From a virus (Duplodnaviria > Heunggongvirae > Uroviricota > Caudoviricetes): DNA of 36,043 bases. Shown piece after piece: positions 33,355 through 36,043 of this stretch. Numbering within the stretch: position 1 is the first letter of the stretch; each line of letters opens with the position of its first letter. A model generated the notes under the pieces. That model worked only from the letters and a program-made list of their open reading frames with translations, searched no databases and had not been told where the DNA came from. A program made the position numbers and the translations under genes. The stretch is from positions 1 through 36,043 of IMG/VR virus record IMGVR_UViG_2693429599_000012; one strand, written 5' to 3'.

Positions 33355-35034
33355 TTAAATTCCAAATTCCTGTAATGGACCTGGTATTTCCTCTTCTGGT
33401 TTCCAGTTCTTATCTGTCAGCATGTCTAAACATGGATGCAAAACAAGCCCGTTACTTTCCAGAATCTGTCTATCATTGATAGTTTTCAAATCAACGAAGA
33501 TCCGGCCTTTCCTCGGTCCTCTTGAATTTTCTATTACAACTCTCTGGGTCTTGCCATCGATGTATTCCAGTACAAACAAGTTTTTGTACTTGTCAATCCT
33601 GCTACACCCGATCCGTTTTAGAGCTTGCTTAATCTTAAACCGGACCTTAATGCGATCCTCGTTGTAAACATCTTCTAAATCAAATTCTGCGAGCTTCTCC
33701 CAGCCTTGAGAGTCAACAGAATACATTTCCTCTTCTGCCATCTTAATTTGATTGTAGAGTGTTTCACGCTCGCTATTGAGGGTAGTAATCTGATCGGCTA
33801 GCTCCTTCGTTGCTCCTGTCATAGCAGAAAGGGTAATCAGGTTATCAATCTTGCGTGATATTTCATCAATCTGTACTTTCAAAGCCGGAACCGGATTAGC
33901 CTTATCCTCAGCAATCCAGATTTTATCAGCCAGCAATTGCAATACAGCTTTCTCTAATTGATCACCTCGAAAACTCCAGTTTGTATGCACACATGCAATA
34001 CGACTAGAGCGCATTGCATCGCATGAATAACGATATTGGTTAGGACGTTTGTTAGTTCCTTTCACCTTAACCATAGCGGAACCGCAATGTTCACATTTCA
34101 ATAGACCAACACCACTAAGCAAGGGAATAGGTTTAACTTCTTCCTTGTCTCCATAGTTACATGCTCTAACACCAATGCTTTTCTTAAGGTGATAAAACTC
34201 AGCGTCATCTAGCACACGAGGATAATAATCCTTTAACTCATACTTAACGCCATCTACAGAGATTTCCTTGATACCAATCAAAGCGCGGGTATGGAACAAC
34301 CTTTCAATCATTGCCCGTGACCAGTTTGAATGCCTCTTGTGACTTGCGGCTGGTGGTGGTGTGTATGTCGCGTTAAGGTGATCCAGTATCTCGGCGGTTG
34401 ACCGTCCATTCCTGCGTAATTCCACAACTTCCTGAACAATAGGGAAGAAGACCGGATGAGGAAGCACATAACCAGATGTGGTATCAGTCCACCACATATT
34501 CTTTCCAATTTCCTCGATTGCAACAGCCGGATTTTGTGGATTTTCTTGATGAGCTTTAATCTTAATCAATGCGCTTGAGTTAGTACGATTGCGCTTAGTC
34601 TGACTTTCCTCGTTAGCTCTCGCAAACAACATGACACTCAACAGCAAATCAATAGGATTGGCATTAACCGATTCCTTGCTATAGACCTTACCATCCATGC
34701 CAGTTACGATAGTTATTCCCCTACGGATAATCGAGAGAAATAGCTCTTGTGCTTCAATGATGGATTGGCGAGAGATACGGTCTAAGTTTTCCACAACCAG
34801 CCAGCTACCAACCGGAACGGATCGACCAATCTCATCCAGAAAGCGAGATAGTGCACCTGTTCTACTGTTAGCCCCTTTGAATGCAGATACACCAAAATCC
34901 TGATAGCTTGTAACTAGCTCAAGATCATATTTTGCGGCTATCTCTGCGGCTGTTCTCTTCTGGCGTTCATAAGAACTACCATCCGCTTGCTTCATAGACG
35001 AGAAGCGAATATACGAATACAGTTTAGTTTTCAT
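33355..35034 (-). CDS. Large serine recombinase (integrase-type)
   Basis: N-terminal resolvase-type catalytic motif YSYIRFSSMKQADGSSYERQ (catalytic Ser in FSS); recombinase domain; zinc-ribbon-like CEHCGS...YRYSCDAMRSSRIAC; C-terminal coiled coil. Start placed at ATG complement 35032-35034 (the track's 35049 start is TTG). Confidence 0.85.
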   Translation of the reverse strand: MKTKLYSYIRFSSMKQADGSSYERQKRTAAEIAAKYDLELVTSYQDFGVSAFKGANSRTGALSRFLDEIGRSVPVGSWLVVENLDRISRQSIIEAQELFLSIIRRGITIVTGMDGKVYSKESVNANPIDLLLSVMLFARANEESQTKRNRTNSSALIKIKAHQENPQNPAVAIEEIGKNMWWTDTTSGYVLPHPVFFPIVQEVVELRRNGRSTAEILDHLNATYTPPPAASHKRHSNWSRAMIERLFHTRALIGIKEISVDGVKYELKDYYPRVLDDAEFYHLKKSIGVRACNYGDKEEVKPIPLLSGVGLLKCEHCGSAMVKVKGTNKRPNQYRYSCDAMRSSRIACVHTNWSFRGDQLEKAVLQLLADKIWIAEDKANPVPALKVQIDEISRKIDNLITLSAMTGATKELADQITTLNSERETLYNQIKMAEEEMYSVDSQGWEKLAEFDLEDVYNEDRIKVRFKIKQALKRIGCSRIDKYKNLFVLEYIDGKTQRVVIENSRGPRKGRIFVDLKTINDRQILESNGLVLHPCLDMLTDKNWKPEEEIPGPLQEFGI

Positions 35035-35052
35035 ACCATTTCCAAACAAAAA

Positions 35053-35083
35053 CGCCCCTACCGCGTATTATAACGATAGGGGC
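35053..35083 (-). terminator. Terminator-like hairpin between the secreted-protein gene and the recombinase gene
   Basis: On the minus strand GCCCCTA-16 nt-TAGGGGC followed by GTTTTTGTTT; the loop contains TATAAT. Confidence 0.4.
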
Positions 35084-35099
35084 ATTGGTTAGTAAGTCA

Positions 35100-35345
35100 T
35101 TAATATTTCTTTCCAGTTAGTTTTGCATCACGTTTATTAATATCCTCGATATGACTCCATACACACGCAGTAATAAAGTCGTCATCGTCACCAACTCCGG
35201 CAACCTGTGCTAATTCAGTACACAGTTGATTTAAAGAAGGTGCAACGGCAGCACGTTTGACACTATCACCCTGTACATATTGTTCGGCATTCGCAGCACC
35301 AACCAAACCCAGAGCAAGAACAACACCCGCGATAATCTTTTTCAT
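35100..35345 (-). CDS. Small secreted protein (81 aa) with Sec-type signal peptide
   Basis: AAGAGGA RBS; MKKIIAGVVLALGLVGAANA then AEQ (signal peptidase I-like site, no lipobox); mature ~61 aa with two Cys and a DDDD run. Confidence 0.6.
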   Translation of the reverse strand: MKKIIAGVVLALGLVGAANAEQYVQGDSVKRAAVAPSLNQLCTELAQVAGVGDDDDFITACVWSHIEDINKRDAKLTGKKY

Positions 35346-35390
35346 AGTAGAATTTCCTCTTGTTATTTGAATTACGATATATTTATATCG

Positions 35391-35516
35391 TTAAAAGTTA
35401 ATACTAATAATCAGACCAAACACAACCGCGCCAATCAAATCCATCCAGTTAATACACAATCCGCTATATTCTTTCTTGAATGTCTTAGATGAAATGCCAT
35501 CATGAAATTGTTTCAT
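35391..35516 (-). CDS. Tiny hydrophobic peptide ORF (41 aa)
   Basis: MKQFHDGISSKTFKKEYSGLCINWMDLIGAVVFGLIISINF; weak SD-like GGGGTGAG upstream. Below the ORF track cutoff. Confidence 0.3.
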   Translation of the reverse strand: MKQFHDGISSKTFKKEYSGLCINWMDLIGAVVFGLIISINF

Positions 35517-35519
35517 TGC

Positions 35520-35600
35520 TCACCCCATACTAACGACAAGATAAGAAAGACTAATCATAGTTGTGAGACTACCTCCCACGAATGAGATAAAAGCTAACAT
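35520..35600 (-). CDS. Tiny hydrophobic peptide ORF (26 aa)
   Basis: MLAFISFVGGSLTTMISLSYLVVSMG; GGAGAA RBS 7 nt upstream; directly downstream of a terminator-like hairpin. Confidence 0.3.
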   Translation of the reverse strand: MLAFISFVGGSLTTMISLSYLVVSMG

Positions 35601-35614
35601 GTTTGATTCTCCAT

Positions 35615-35642
35615 TTAAAAAGCGGTGGGAATTACACCCACC
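35615..35642 (-). terminator. Terminator-like hairpin downstream of the 35657-36043 gene
   Basis: On the minus strand GGTGGG-7 nt loop-CCCACC followed by GCTTTTTAAAT. Confidence 0.45.
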
Positions 35643-35656
35643 AAATTAGAAATTAA

Positions 35657-36043
35657 TTAAGCGCGAACGATGGTCAGAGTATCCAGCAAACCTTTTTCGT
35701 ATAATTCGAAACACGTTTTATATTGCTCAATCTGGAAACCATAGCGGGTGATCTTATTCAGTAGAATAATCACGGTATTCTCATCTAGGTATTGTCCTTG
35801 CTTACCAATTACATATGACTCGCGGGATAGTCTCAGCTTACGGAAACCTTTAACACCTAATTCCTTAGCCACCGCTTTAATCTCTTTAATCTCACCCTCA
35901 GCAGCTACATATTCAGCGTCGATAATCTCAGGTGATGATCTCAGTGCTACCAGAACTAAGGCCATTGCTTCTTCTTCGGTACGAGCAACACCAGCTTTCT
36001 CGAAAGTCATCTCGCCAAATTTACGAATCATGATATTGAACAT
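35657..36043 (-). CDS. Hypothetical protein (128 aa or longer; may extend past the window edge)
   Basis: ORF reaches the last base of the window with an ATG at the edge; no motif recognised. Confidence 0.45.
   Translation of the reverse strand: MFNIMIRKFGEMTFEKAGVARTEEEAMALVLVALRSSPEIIDAEYVAAEGEIKEIKAVAKELGVKGFRKLRLSRESYVIGKQGQYLDENTVIILLNKITRYGFQIEQYKTCFELYEKGLLDTLTIVRA

Larger units (their letters stand above)
334..36043. mobile_element. Prophage-like element (siphovirus structural module plus serine recombinase); left junction inferred, right boundary not resolved
   Basis: Everything after the HicB divergence point is phage-like: terminase, portal, capsid, tail, lysis and recombinase genes. 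Boundaries are inferred, not demonstrated. Confidence 0.4.

Noticed and set aside
35053-35083. Inverted repeat GCCCCTA-N16-TAGGGGC as the attP core for the serine recombinase
   Set aside because: It is followed by a T-run on the minus strand and sits at a gene end, so a terminator is the simpler reading. An att function cannot be excluded without junction data.

Overview
The window reads as a temperate siphovirus genome segment with lambdoid-style morphogenesis genes, most likely a prophage. It opens with a HicB-antitoxin-like ORF that ends prematurely, suggesting a host/prophage junction near 330-350. Next come a Nu1-like small terminase candidate, an orphan minus-strand gene bracketed by terminators, and a ~1.1 kb repeat-dense noncoding region (3994-4233 iteron-like array, CTAG-rich repeats, duplicated ~45 bp element). 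A Rha-family antirepressor and three paralogous HTH genes follow. From 7571 to 29134 a contiguous plus-strand structural block runs: GpA-like large terminase, portal, fused prohead protease-scaffold-major capsid gene, connector genes, a V-like tail protein, a 1176-aa side tail fiber with C-terminal S74 chaperone domain, three tandem diverged ~100-aa paralogs, a tail-tube-like gene, G/G-T chaperones, tape measure, minor tail proteins, an NlpC/P60 K-like protein and an I-J fusion host-specificity protein. The right end holds an atypical lysis region with an M15 peptidase, two paralogous GIY-YIG/T5orf172-like genes, a large serine recombinase, a small secreted protein and two tiny hydrophobic peptide ORFs. 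No rRNA, tRNA, CRISPR array or recognisable replication genes were seen. All calls rest on reading the translations and DNA by eye; no database search or folding was run.
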